Part shown: piece by piece, positions 24,535 through 36,726 of the stretch | Layout: each line of letters opens with the position of its first letter | Numbering within the stretch: the first letter of the stretch is position 1 | NCBI RefSeq assembly: GCF_963921235.1 | Contig: NC_086108.1 | Coordinates: forward strand, 72,852,001-72,916,000 | Direction: 5' to 3' | DNA from: Mobula hypostoma | Lineage: Eukaryota | Length of the DNA stretch: 64,000 nt | Notes under the pieces: model-generated | Database searches by the model: none | Told to the model about the DNA's origin: nothing | What the model saw: only the letters and a program-made list of their open reading frames with translations | Position numbers and translations under genes: made by a program

Positions 24535-24776
24535 TGGGCGTAATGGCTAGTATAACCCTAATACAGCGGCAGAGACCGGGGTTCAATTCCCGCTACTGCT
24601 TGGGAGGAGTTTCTACTTGGGGTTCCTCCGGACACTCCATTTTCCTCCCATGTTCCAAAGATGTCCCATTTAAAAGGTTAATTGATCATATGGGTGTAAT
24701 TGGGTGGCATGAGCCTGTTGGGCTGAAACGACCTGTCACCATGTTGTAGCTCTAAATAAAGTAAATAAATAAATAA
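24535..24776 (+). mobile_element. V-SINE / HE1-like tRNA-derived SINE
   Basis: B box ggttcaattcc; ggttcctccgg..ttcctccca..ccaaaga domain; ggttaattg; CR1-like gggctgaa..cctgt tail; (aaat)n end. Confidence 0.8.
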
Positions 24777-24779
24777 GCA

Positions 24780-25118
24780 ATCTAACTCTCCTCTCCTGTA
24801 AAATTCCCCATTTTACTTCCATCCATGTGCCTATCCAAGAGTTTTTTAAAAGGTTCTAATGTATACAACTACCATTGGCAACACTCAGTGCATTCCACAC
24901 GCCCACCACTCTGTGTTTAAAAAAAACAACTCTGATATCCCCCTATATTTTCCTCCAGTCACCTTAAATTGATGCCTTCTTGTATTAACCAATTCCACCC
25001 TGGGAAAAAGGTGCTGTCTGTCTACTCTATCCATGCCTCTTCTCATCTTATACACTTCTATCAAGTCACCTCTTATCCTCCTTCGCTCGAAAAGGAAAAG
25101 CCAGAGATCACTCAACTT
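24780..25118 (-). mobile_element. CR1 LINE 3' fragment
   Basis: ORF 24885..25115 ERRRIRGDLIEVYKMRRGMDRVD. Confidence 0.85.
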
Positions 25119-25185
25119 TTATTACAAGGGAGCACTTGACTTCTAAGATGAAGTAGGTTCCCTACTTTAATCAAAAGTGTACATT

Positions 25186-25632
25186 TACACTCAGCGGCCA
25201 CTTTATTAGGTACACTTGTACATCTGCTCATTAACGCAAATAGTTAATCAGCCAAACAGGTTCAGTTGTTGCTCAGACCAAAGATCAGAATGGAGAAGAA
25301 ATGTGATCTAAGTGACTTTGACTGTGGAATGATTGTTGGTGCCAGATGGGGTGGTTTGAGTCTCTCAGAAAATGCTGTTGCCCTGGGATTTTCACACACA
25401 AGTCTCCAGAGTTTACAGAGAATGATGTGATAAACCAAAAGCATCCAGTGAGAAGCAATTTTGTGGGTGAAAATGGCTTGTTAATGAGAGAGGTCGGAGG
25501 AGAATGGCCGGGCTGGTTCAAGCTGACAGAAAGGCGACAGTAACTCAAATAATCATATGTTTAAGTAGTGGTATACGGAACGGCATCGCTGGATGCACAT
25601 GTCAAACATGCTGGTGAATCTAATAAAGTAGA
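25186..25632 (+). mobile_element. Tc1-like non-autonomous DNA transposon
   Basis: TIR ta-cactcagcggccactttattaggtacac; atggagaagaaatgtgatctaagtgactttgac (M.KKCDLSDFD). Confidence 0.85.
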
Positions 25633-26586
25633 GTTTTGTTCTAATTATCAAATGGTAATTGAAAATTAGGACATTCTACTTACTTCAGAATTAAAATAGT
25701 TGTTATTGTGAAATATTCTTCATCCCCCACTGAATTTACTTACACAAATGTATAGACAGCAAGACAACATCCAGCAATGCTGAACACTCTTTGTATTTTG
25801 TCTCACTCTCAGTCTTACCTCGATTTTGGTTTTATTCCTGGTGGGTAGGTGGGTTCAGGAGACTTTCAAACACCATCTTACTCCCAGTTTCACTTGCCAG
25901 TCAGGGCAGGAATAAGATGATGGTAGAGGTGGAATACCTCTTATCTGAAATTCCAAAATCAGAAAACCACTGAAATCTGAAATTTTTTGAGCGCTGACAT
26001 GACATCACAAATGGGAAATTCCACAAGGCACCAGGATGGTTCTCAGGCAATGCGTAGGTCTCTGAGCAGAAGTTAATGAAAAAAAAATAGAAGCACTGCA
26101 TAAAGCAAAAACTGAAGATCTTGATTGTGTACTGAAAGAGTGGATTTGTCAGTATCAGAGTGAACGTATGCCACTTAATGGTATACTGATCATGAAACAA
26201 GCAAAAATGTATCATGACGAACTGCAAATTGAAGGTAATTGTGAATTTTCAGCAGGCTGGTTGCAGAAATTTAAGGAAAGAAACAGCATTAAATTTTTAA
26301 AAACAAAGCAGCAGAGAAATTCACGATGGGTTTTAAAGATTGTTGCTGAGAAAATCTAACACTAGAGCAAGTCTGCAATGCTGATTGTTCTTATACCTTA
26401 CATAAAACCTAAAAAAAAAGTAAAACAAATACAGTCTTACTGTAACCTTTTAATCAAAACTCATGTAGGTGTAGAGTGAAACCCTACCATTGTTGTTGAT
26501 TAACAGTTGATTCGGGTATTCTCCTGATGCTGCTGTGTTGCTTTTGTTACCCTGCACACATTAGATTTTCATTATAATAATTGTAT

Positions 26587-27071
26587 ATATTTGGGATAGA
26601 GCAATAAAAGGAAGACATTTACATTCAATTCAGAACAGAGTAGATATGGGAAGAAGTAGGGGAGTAAAGCAGAAGGAGCAAGTAATTATAAGTAGACTGA
26701 GAATTGGGCACAGCAACCTTAATAGCACTCTGGCCATCATAAATAAGCATCCAACAGGTTTTTGCGATCTATGTCAGGAGACTGAAACAGTAGAGCATAT
26801 CCTTATTTCATGCCGGAAATTTGCACAGGAAAGGCAACAAATGTTACAACAATTACGCAAAATAGGACTGGTAGAGAACAGTGTTAAAGGTTTATTGGAA
26901 TGTGGGGAGAGTGATTGAGGGAGGAAATGGTTGTTTAGTTTTTTAAGGGCGACAGGACTGGAAAGGTAGCTTTAAAGTGAATGGACAATGAGGGACAATA
27001 AATCCTGAAGATGGCAGTAATGCAACAGTGGGGATGCCAACTGCCGTAAAAACTCAAAGAAGAAGAAGAAG
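26587..27071 (+). mobile_element. Nimb/I-clade LINE 3' end
   Basis: ORF 26646..26918 SRLRIGHSNLN..CDLCQETETVEHILISC (CCHC); (gaa)n tail; TSD aattgtat at 26579-26586 and 27072-27079. Confidence 0.85.
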
Positions 27072-27194
27072 AATTGTATGTAATATATTTTACTGTTAAG
27101 TACATATGTATGATGAACAAGTGGAAGACAAAGACTGCTTACCAATAGCACATAAATTCAGAATCAGAAATAATAGTGATCCCAGGCTGTCTGA

Positions 27195-27556
27195 TTTGTT
27201 ATGTGCCATGTCGTATGACATAGGTGTGATCGTGGTCTTTCCATGACCATGATTGTTCTTGGCAATTTTTTCTACAGAAGGGGTTTGCCATTGAAGCCTC
27301 CTGGGCAGTGTCTTTACAAGATGGGTGACCCCAGCCATTATCAAAACTCTTCAAAGATTGTCTCCCTGGCATCAGTGGTTGCATAACCAGGACTTGAGAT
27401 ATACACCAGCTGCTCATATGACCATCCATCACCTGCTCTCTTGGCTTCACATGATTCTCATGGGGTGGGGGGGGGTGCTAATCAAGTGCTACATCTTGCC
27501 CAAGGGTGACAGTGGAGGTACATCTCCATTTGTAGAGATGTATCTCCACCCCGCTA
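27195..27556 (-). mobile_element. Non-autonomous RTE-related SINE-like element
   Basis: cagaaggggtttgccattg motif recalled from RTE/BovB-partner SINE ends; interrupts the Tigger element. Confidence 0.5.
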
Positions 27557-29011
27557 TCCATTATATATTCCAAAATCTGAAAAAATCACAAATCCGAAAC
27601 CAGGCATTTTGGATAAAGGGCACGCAACATGGACAGATGAATGAGTAGCTATAAGGGGCAGAGTTTCAAATTTCTGGACCTTTGGGATCTTTGGATCGGT
27701 ATGCCTGAACCTGAAGGGGTTCAACATCCTTGCAGGCCAGTTTACTAGAATTGGTCGGGAGGGTTTAAACTAAGTTGGTAGAGGGATGGAAATTGGAGTG
27801 ATAGGGCTAAGGATGGGCATTTGGTTTACAGGTTGATGAGGTGTGTAGTGAGGCGGTGAAATTGGACAGGCAGATGATAGGGCAAAATTGCAGTCAGTGG
27901 AATGAAATGAAATGGAACATGGGGGCAAAATTGAAAAGGGTGATGAGTACAGGATTGAAGGTTTTATTTTTGAATGCATGCAGTACAGGGCATAAGGTAG
28001 ATGATCTTGTAGTGAAGTTAGGAATTGGTAGCTTTGACGTTGTGGACATCTCTAAGATGTTTTTGAAAGATGATCGTAGTTCAGAGCTTAACATCCCAGG
28101 ATACAACTTGTATCGAAAGATAAGCAGGTAGGAAGAGGGGTTGGGGTGGCTCTGTTGGCAAATAAAAAAGAAATCAAATCCTTATTAAGAGGCGAGATAG
28201 GATTGGACGATGTAGAATCCTTGTGGGCAGAGTTAAGAAACTGCAAGGGTAAAAAGACACTGATGGGAGTTATAAACAGGCCACTGAACAGTAGCCAGGA
28301 TGTGGGATATAAATTTCAATGGAAAACTGAAAAGGCATGTAATAAGGATAATGTTACGATAATCATGGGGGACATCCATATGCAGGTAGATTAGGAGAGA
28401 GAGTTTGTAGAATGTCTATGAGATGGCTTTATAGAGCAGCTTGTGGTTGAGCCCACTAAGGAAAGCCAATTCTGGACTGGGTGTTGTGTAGTGAACTAAA
28501 TTTGATTAGGGAGCTTAAGGTAAAGGAACCCTAAGGAGGCTGTTGGAATAAAATGCTGGAATTCACCCCGCAGTTTGAGAGGGAGAAAGTTATGTCAGCT
28601 GTATCAACAGTACAGTGAAGTAAAGGGAATTACAGAGGCATGAGAGAGGAGCTGACCAAAGTTGATCAAATGTGAACACTAGCAGGGATGCCGGCAGAAA
28701 CACTAGCAATGGCTGGAGTTTCTGGGAGCAATATGGAAGGCACGGGGTAGATGCATCCCAAAGATGAAGTAGCATTCTAAAGGGAGGATGTTGTAACTGT
28801 GTATAATAAGGGAAGTCAAAGGCAGCATAAAAGCAAAATTGCGGGCTTATAATATAGCAAAAATTTGTGGGAATTTAGAAGACTTGGAAGCTTTTAAAAA
28901 CCAACAGAAGACAACTGAAAACAAAACATAAGGAGGGAATAGATGAAATAAAAAGGTAAGCTAGCCAAATAAACCAAAGAGGATACCAAAATATTTTCCA
29001 GATATATAAAG

Positions 29012-29689
29012 CAATGTTTTAAGAGCTAGCAAAACAGTGTTAATAAGAACTTTAATCTCCTCTAGGTTTAATCGTTTTCACTCTCATTCACCTGCACTCT
29101 CACAAAACATACGTAGCAGGCCTGTAGCGGTTAATGAAAGATTTTCTTGCTGGAGCTTTTGCACACTGTCCATATGTGATTTGCTTGCTAAATGACATTT
29201 TAAAAAGTCAAGTTTCCAAATATCTCTCCACTTCTTCCCACTTGAAAATTTTCCAGCTACTCTTGCATCATGATGATACATGCAAGTAACACCAGTTTCT
29301 GTATAGCACATAAGTATTTCTCATAGTTCCTGACCTCATGAAATTTTGGTGTGCAGTTTCTACAGTTTCATTAAGCCTTTCATTTTTAAATGAACTAGCA
29401 GTTCTTTTGTGCTTCACGCCCTTTTCTTCTTTGGAATTCGACATAGTGAATCAATAATTTCTTCAATACAAACAGTATAAATAAGCTAGTTCTAAAATCT
29501 GCAGACAAATCACTGCAAGCTCCATGCTGTCCACATCAGAACCCAGAAAATAAAATATGCTTGTGTAGGATTGTGAAATATACTTACCAATGAGATAGAG
29601 GGTGACAATCTTTTGTGCGCAGTTTAAATTCCTTTGTGCGCTAGTAGCAGGAATTGTGTGTACACACACACACCTTAGAGGAAACATTG
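29012..29689 (-). mobile_element. hAT DNA transposon remnant (Tip100/ZNF862-like N-terminal zinc finger)
   Basis: Termini caatgttt/aaacattg; ataaag duplicated at 29006-29011 and 29690-29695; ORF 29084..29311 GVTC..WKLDFLKCHLASKSH. Confidence 0.7.
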
Positions 29690-29910
29690 ATAAAGAGTAA
29701 ATGAGAGGTGAGAGTGAATATCAGATGGCTGGAAAATTATGAGAGGTAGTAATGGGCAACAAAGAAATGGCAGATAAACTTAATAAGTATTTTGCTTCAG
29801 TCTTCACTGTGGAAAACACTAACAGTATGCCAGAAATTAAAGAGTGTCAAGAGGCAAAAGTGAGTGTAGCTGCTATTACTAAGGAGAATGTGCTTGGGAA
29901 GCTGAAAAGA

Positions 29911-29970
29911 AGTGGAAAGAATTTCCCACTTGGGATAGTAAAGTACTTATATTATTATTGCTATTATAAC
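29911..29970 (+). mobile_element. Tiny Rex1-type 3' tail insertion in CR1
   Basis: aatttcccacttgggatagtaaagta plus (tat)n, interrupting CR1 ORF2. Confidence 0.55.
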
Positions 29971-31148
29971 TCAGAAGATAGAGAAGTCACCTGGACCAGA
30001 TGGACTACACTCCAGGGTTCTGAAAGAGGTAACTGAAGAGATAGTGGCGGCATCAGTAATGATTTTTCAAGAAGCACTAGATTCTGGAATGGTGTTTGGA
30101 GAACTGGAAAAACTGCATATGTCACCCCACTCTTTAAGGAAGCGAAGGAGACAGATGAAAGGAAATTATAGGCCAGTTAGCCTGACTTCAGTGATTGGGA
30201 AGATATTGCAGTCCATTATTAAGATGAGGTTTTGTACTTGGAGGCGCATGATAAAGTAGGCCAAAGTCAGCATGGTTTCCTTAAGAGGAGATCTTGCCTG
30301 ACAAATATATGAGAATTCTTTGAGGAACTAACAGGCAGGATAGACAAAGGAAAGTCAGTGGATTTTGTTCACTTGGATTTTCAGAAGGCTTTTGACAAGG
30401 TGTTGCATTTTAGGCTGCTTAACACAATAAGAGCCCATGGTATCACAGGAAAAATATTAGCATGGATGGAAGATTGGTTGATTGGCAGGAGGCAAAGTAT
30501 GTAAGTGGCCTTTTATGGTTGGCTGCAAGTGACAAGTGGTGTTCTGCAGGGGTCACTTTTGGGATCGTTTCTTTTCATATTACATGTCAATGATTTGGAT
30601 AATGGAATTGAAGGTTTTGTGACCAAGTTTGCAGAAAATATAAAGGTAGATGGAGGGGCAGTTAGTGTTGAGGAAGCAGGGAGTCGCAGAACTTAGACAG
30701 ATTGGGAGAATGAGCCAGGAAATAGCAGATGGAATATATAGTGTAGGGAAGTGTATGGTCATGAACTTAGATAGAAGGAATAAAGGTGTAGACTATGTTC
30801 TAATGGGGAGAAAATTCAAAAATCAAGAGCTGCAAAGGGACTTGGGAGTCCCCATGCAGGATTCCCTGAAAATTAACTTGCAGGTTATTGATGGTGAGGA
30901 AGGGAAATGCAATGTTAGCATCCATTTGGAGAGGACTAGAATATAAGAGTAAGGATATAATACTGCGGTTTTATAAGGCATTTGTTAAACTGCACAGAGT
31001 ACTGTGAGGACTTTTGGGCCTATCTTTAGCCAGAAAGTGGTGAATGTGTGGAAGTTATTGTCAAGGGTGGCTGTGGAGGCCAAGTCATTGAGTATCTTTA
31101 AAGCAGAAGTTAATAGGTTCTTGGTTTGTTGGGGTGTCAAATGTTACA

Positions 31149-31510
31149 GGGATAAGGCAGGAGAATGGGGTTGACAGCGTTATGGAAGGCGAATGAGGTT
31201 GACAGGGATAAGAGAGGAGAATGGGGTTATGGGGATAAGACAGGAGAATGGGGTTATGGGGATAAGACAGGAGAATGGGGTTATGGGGATAAGACAGGAG
31301 AATGCGGTTGACAGGGATAAGAGGAGGATGGGGTTATGGGGATAAGACAGGAGAATGGGGTTGACAGGGATAAGGAAGGAGAATGGGGTTATGGGGATAA
31401 GACAGGAGAATGGGGTTGACAGGGATAAGACAGGAGAATGGGGTTATGGGGATAAGACAGAAGAATGGGGTTCTGGGGATAAGGAAGGAGAATGGGGTTA
31501 ACAGGGATAA
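31149..31510. repeat. G-rich minisatellite, ~13 units of 27-28 bp, in CR1 3' UTR
   Basis: Unit gggataagacaggagaatggggtt(atg|gaca). Confidence 0.95.
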
Positions 31511-33234
31511 TAAATCAGCCATGATGGAATGGCAGAGCAGACATGCTGAGCCAAGTGGCCCAGTTCTGCTCCCGCATTTTATGGTCTTATCATTGTTTGA
31601 AAACAGCTGTAAAAGCAACATTGAGCTTATTTGAATACTCTTGGTGCAATTCCAGAAACTAAAGCCGGGGAAAAGAGAAGGAAATAGGAGGAGGAGAAAG
31701 GCATACATAGGGGTGAGAAAAGCAGAATGCATTTATTTTTATCTCCTCACCCAAGTGTAAATGGTCTACTCCAACTTACTTCAGAATGAATCTGTAGTAA
31801 TACTGCAGCATTCATTAAAGTTATTGTGCAAACACCAATTTTCAATGACTTGAACCTCCAATATTTTATTTGCAACTGGAGGTCTCAGTGAGCTTTGATA
31901 CATGACTTTGATATATGTGATGCCTTGAACATTTCAGGTGTGGCATGAAGAAATATCATGGGTTATTCTTCCTGAAGTGTATTTGTTTAGTTGGATTCAG
32001 TAGTAGATGCTGCATGATTTGTTTTTGCAATAGAACCATTGGCAATCTCAGACAGTCCCATTTGGACTCTAAAAACAAAACAGAATATTGTGGAAGAACA
32101 CAACAGGTCAGGGAATGAACAAATTAACAACCCAAGTGTTGAAACTTTTCCCCAGAACTGAAGGATTTTGTTGATTAAGAGCATGCAAAAAGAAACAAGA
32201 GAGACGATGGGAAATTTAACATGAGTTTAAAAAAAATAAAACTGAACATAGTGAAGGCGATGTAAGAATGAAGCAGCCAGGAACTTTGATTGGAAATAAG
32301 ATGTATGTAAGTAACCCAGAATATGTGTGAGTAGGTAAAAACTTAAGGTGAATAGACAATTCAAAAAGGAAACAAGAAAATCTGTCAGTGCAGAGCAATC
32401 CAAAGATCCCGAAACCAGGCAGAAAAAAAAAGAACAGCAGGGCACCAAAGCTGCACACCATCCTGCCAGCTGACCTTTGCCAACACACAAACAGAGTTGC
32501 TTCCTCCTTCCCCCCAAATGCTGGCAGTCACACAAATTTCTAGAATTTCTGCTGCAAAGAAAATGGGAGGTTTAGTTTAAAGCTGAAATTACTGTCCTGC
32601 CCTCAGGCTAAGCACTCTAAACTAGCTCACGGAAAATCTGCTGCAGTTTGTATTAAACACCATTGAAATAGGGGCAAGATGCACAGAGGACAGATTGGGA
32701 TTCAGAAAGAAAGTCCAATTGACTTGTGGGGCCTTGCTCGTGGCCAGGAGGGTAAATATTGGCAAAGTGAACATCTATTCTACATTTGGGCTCTTTTGAG
32801 TGGGGTTCTGTAATGTTCACTGAGTATTGTATTTTAGATCAAAGGAAGTACATGTAAATAGTGCATTTATTTATCAGCAGTGCAAGAGGAAGACAATTCT
32901 TTGGTCTCTTGCACTTACACTGAAGGTGCCAAAGCAAGCTGAAGCGATAGGGCCAGAGGAAGAATGAACCAGGGTCTTGCCGAGGAACCAATTTCTTTGG
33001 AAAGCTGAGTTCCCAATTTTCACCAGATGTAGTGCTTTGCTTCTTGTCACTAAATAGATCCTTGAACTTTAAGTGCTCATCACTACAGACTGTATGCATT
33101 GGATTGGGATGTAATAGATACCGATGTATGTACTGAGAAATAAATAAGGTGAATCAGATTGGAAAAGGAGAAGTCAAAGCCACAGAAATTGCTAAGTCTT
33201 TGTGTGCAGCTTTCACTGAGATCAGCACTAAGTG

Positions 33235-33370
33235 CCTTTACACCTAAGGAAACTCACATTCCCACAGGGAGCTTGTTCAAACTACATATAAAACACCCGG
33301 GATCAGGTTTGAACTCAGATCACTGGAGATGTAAAATCGTAGCGCTAACTGCTGTGTGATTGTGCCACCT
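33235..33370 (-). mobile_element. Decayed tRNA-derived SINE head
   Basis: ggaaactcac..cacagggag..caaact; caggtttgaactc (B box on minus strand); gctaactgctgtg. Confidence 0.55.
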
Positions 33371-36085
33371 GGTTACAATCTCCTTTATTTCCCTGTTAAA
33401 ATTATCGTAACATTTGTTTGAGATCGTTCTCAGTGAAATATTTTTTTTATGTCTCTGTGCATATGACCATTGTACACCTTGTTCTACACCATTTCCCATA
33501 TGCAAATATGCAGTATTTAAAGTTAGGCTCCCTCTTCAACCCTCTGAATGCAGCAAACCTGAACTTTAATTCAACTTTCCCCATTATTATTGTTTGACTT
33601 TTACTTCCTGAGGTACAGGTGGGGTAAGTCAAAGGTCCTCCTGAATCCATGCCAGAGGTGACTATGTGTGCAATCTGATTATGTCCTTTAGTATAACCCA
33701 AGCACTATGTCAACTATGTGCAATGGATGATGCCTGATATTTGTATATTGTGATTTTTCAATTTTTCATTTAAATTTACTGATACATATTTTTTGGTTAG
33801 ATATTACTTTTAAAAAATAATTTTTCACTTCCCGGGAGTGGAAGTGAAGTGTCAAAGTTCATAAAGCGGTGTACAGGAAAAGAAATAGTTAATATTGGAG
33901 TCAGAAGGAATACTGTTCAGCTGTTTCTGCAGCTAAAAGTATAAGCCTTTATCAACTAATTGGCAACAATTTGATATTGCACAGTGTATTCATACATAAA
34001 TCTCATTTGTCTAAAATGTATTCATAACATCTGCAATATCCCGACTGTCAGGTGTTAAGAGATATCAAGGATTTATTATGCAAGGATTAAGTTAAATAGG
34101 TGGAGACCTAATAATTCAATAACGCTGGAAAGAACAATGCCTGCAGACTTATCCAAAACCAACCATGATGTCATCACAAGGTACTTTTGAAGGAATAATC
34201 TTAAAGGGATTGAGTGGATGCAGACTGTTGTAGTGCTAAATTGCCTGCCCTGTTGTACTTCATTACTCTTTAATTTACAGATGCCAAATAGGATTTTGGA
34301 TCAGAGGCAGTGAAGCAGAAAACATGTACAGGTCATCAGTATTTGGAGTTCCTATTTCCAATCAAGCATTTTAAATACACGTAATACCAAGAATCTATGA
34401 AAGCTACTGTTAATTTTGGCAACATCATGCTGGGTTTCAGCAGCATGGAAAAACATTCCTAATGATATTCAACGAGGGATACAAAACATCAGTTCATTTC
34501 TATACCAAACATATTCTGAGCCAGCCACGTTTCTCTAATTTGTGGATATGCTGCTTGGTTCCCTGTTAGGAATGATATTTAGAAATCTCTTTTCAGTTCG
34601 TGCCATTATCTTTAGTAAGTCTGGTAATAAATTGTGCTCTTCTAATGTAATGGCTGCAGTGAAAGGCACTTACCTTTTATGTGATTGTGTCATCTATAGA
34701 CTCCCTTTGCAGCCTGTTCAACAGCAAGGTATTAGCCCTGCAGTTTTTGCACATGGGAGGCAATCTAAAGGCAGCAAACTCTTCTGAGTGCCTTATAACA
34801 TGTTTATAAATCAGCCTCTAGTACACAAAGAAAAGCTACCATGGGAACTGCATGCTATCTATCTGAGAGCTCAAAGACTAGCTTCCTCCTCTTATGTGTG
34901 TATATTCTAGGGCCTGTAAAGGGTGCTTATGATTAATCATGTGCACCACACAGTTTCCAAATATGTTTACCAGGACTTGAGAATGCAATTAAGCATTAAA
35001 GGAAGTATTTATCTCCAGATAAGCCGTAACTAATCTGAGAAATCAATTTGTTTAAATAATATCATTTGCAGGTATTCAACTGCTCGCTGAGGCTGATTTT
35101 AAATGGTGACATAGGCCATGGAAAACATTTAACATTATAGATTTCTATTACACAGACTTGAGCTCTTTTAAGTTTATTTCATTTACAGTCTCTGAAATAT
35201 TTGACATGCAATTAAGACTATGAAATCTGGTAGAAGTAGATGCCTAATTAGCAATTTGGATGCCTAGCATAACCTACCAAAAATAGCTTCATTCAGCAGG
35301 TTCACATTCTGTAAAGCACCAGTGCTAACTGCTCTGTTTTAGACTAAACTATTCTCAGTTGCTTGTATGTAGTCTAGATCCCTCCATTCCATGAGTCTGT
35401 CTAAATGCCTCAAATGTCACTATTGTATCTGCTTCTACCTCTTACCTTAGGAGCATGTTCTAAGCACCTGTCAATCTCTGTGTAGAAGAATATATCTTCC
35501 TTGTCTCCTTTAAATTTCACCCTTTCACATTAAAGCTATGCTGCTTAGTATTTGACATTTCGACCCCGGGGAAAAAGACCCTGGCTGCCTATCCTATTTC
35601 TGCATCTCATAAACCTGTATCAGGTCACCCCCCCGCCCCCCAGCCTTTCATTCCAGAGAAAACAAACCAAGTTTCTCCAACCTCTCCTTATAACTGATAC
35701 ACTGTAATCTAGGTGACATCCTGGTAAACCTCTTCTGCAGTCCCTCCAAAGCCTGCACATCTTTCTTGTAGTGCAGTACTGCACAAAATGCTCCAAATGT
35801 GTCCTAACCAACGATTTACACAGCTATAACATGACTGCAAACTATTATACAGAGAGTCCCAAATGATGAAATCAGGCATTGCTGTACACCTTCTTAAATA
35901 CCCTGCCCGTTGATTTTGCCACTTTCAGGAAACAACTGATTTATATCCCAAAGTTTCTCTATATATTAATACTCTTAAGAGTCTTTACATTTACCAGATA
36001 TTTTCTCCTTGTATTTAAACTGCCAAAATGCAACACCTCACATTATTCTGGGTTAAACTCCATCTGCCGTTTCTCAGCCTATATC

Positions 36086-36608
36086 TACACTCAGTGACTT
36101 TTATTAGGTACAACAGCATACCTGCTCAGTAATGCATAAAAAGCATGCAGACATCGTCAACAGGTTAAGTTGTTGTTCAGATCAAATACCAGAATGAGAA
36201 ATGTGATCCAAGTGACGTTTGCCATAGAATGATTGTTGGTGCCTGACATGGTGGCTTGACTATCTCAGAAACTGCTGATCTCCTGCAATTTTCACACAAA
36301 ACGAAGTTTATTGAGAATAGTGTGAAATAAAAAACAAAAATCCAGTGAGCGGCAGTTCTGTGGGGAAAAATGCCTTATTAATAAGAAAGGTCAGAGGAGA
36401 CTGGCCAGACTGCTTCAAGTTGACAGAAAGGTGACAGTAACTCAGGTAACCATGCTTACAACAGTAATGTGCAGAAGAGCATCTCTGAGCTTATCAAATC
36501 ATGAAGTGGATAGGCAATTGCAGTGGAAGACCACGAAGATACAGAAATTCATTCAGTGGCCACATTATTAGCTACTTCCTGTACCTAATAATGTGGCCAC
36601 TGAGTATA
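36086..36608 (+). mobile_element. Tc1-like non-autonomous transposon with both TIRs and TA duplication
   Basis: ta-cactcagtgacttttattaggtac ... gtacctaataatgtggccactgagta-ta; internal HTH remnant homologous to the 18768 and 25186 copies. Confidence 0.9.
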
Positions 36609-36726
36609 TATCTGCTAGATCATTCAACAACATTCTATACTGTCCATAACTCCTCCATTTTTTGTGTTTTCTGTAGTCTTGCTAATACATCCATTTACAT
36701 TTTCATTCAAATTATCTACATATATA

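Larger units (their letters stand above)
25926..27631 (+). mobile_element. Tigger/pogo DNA transposon (Tigger4/Zombi-like), internally deleted
   Basis: ORF 26168..26359 MPLNGILIMKQAKMYHDELQIEGNCEFSAGWLQKFK (CENP-B-type HTH); degenerate ~25-bp TIRs; inserted after TA. Confidence 0.85.
25875..31575 (+). mobile_element. Long decayed CR1 LINE (ORF1 end, APE endonuclease, RT, 3' UTR) hosting nested elements
   Basis: ORF1 esterase end at 25875-25925 and 27632-27773; LKVLFLNACS..IPGYNLYRK; VESLWAELRN; NYRPVSLTSVIGK; GVLQGSLLG; ttatggtcttat tail. Confidence 0.9.

Noticed and set aside
24535..24600. tRNA gene-like A/B boxes
   Set aside because: SINE head; no cloverleaf and it continues into SINE body and tail
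31149..31510. Regular repeat array superficially like CRISPR
   Set aside because: No unique spacers and no cas genes; eukaryotic minisatellite derived from CR1 UTR
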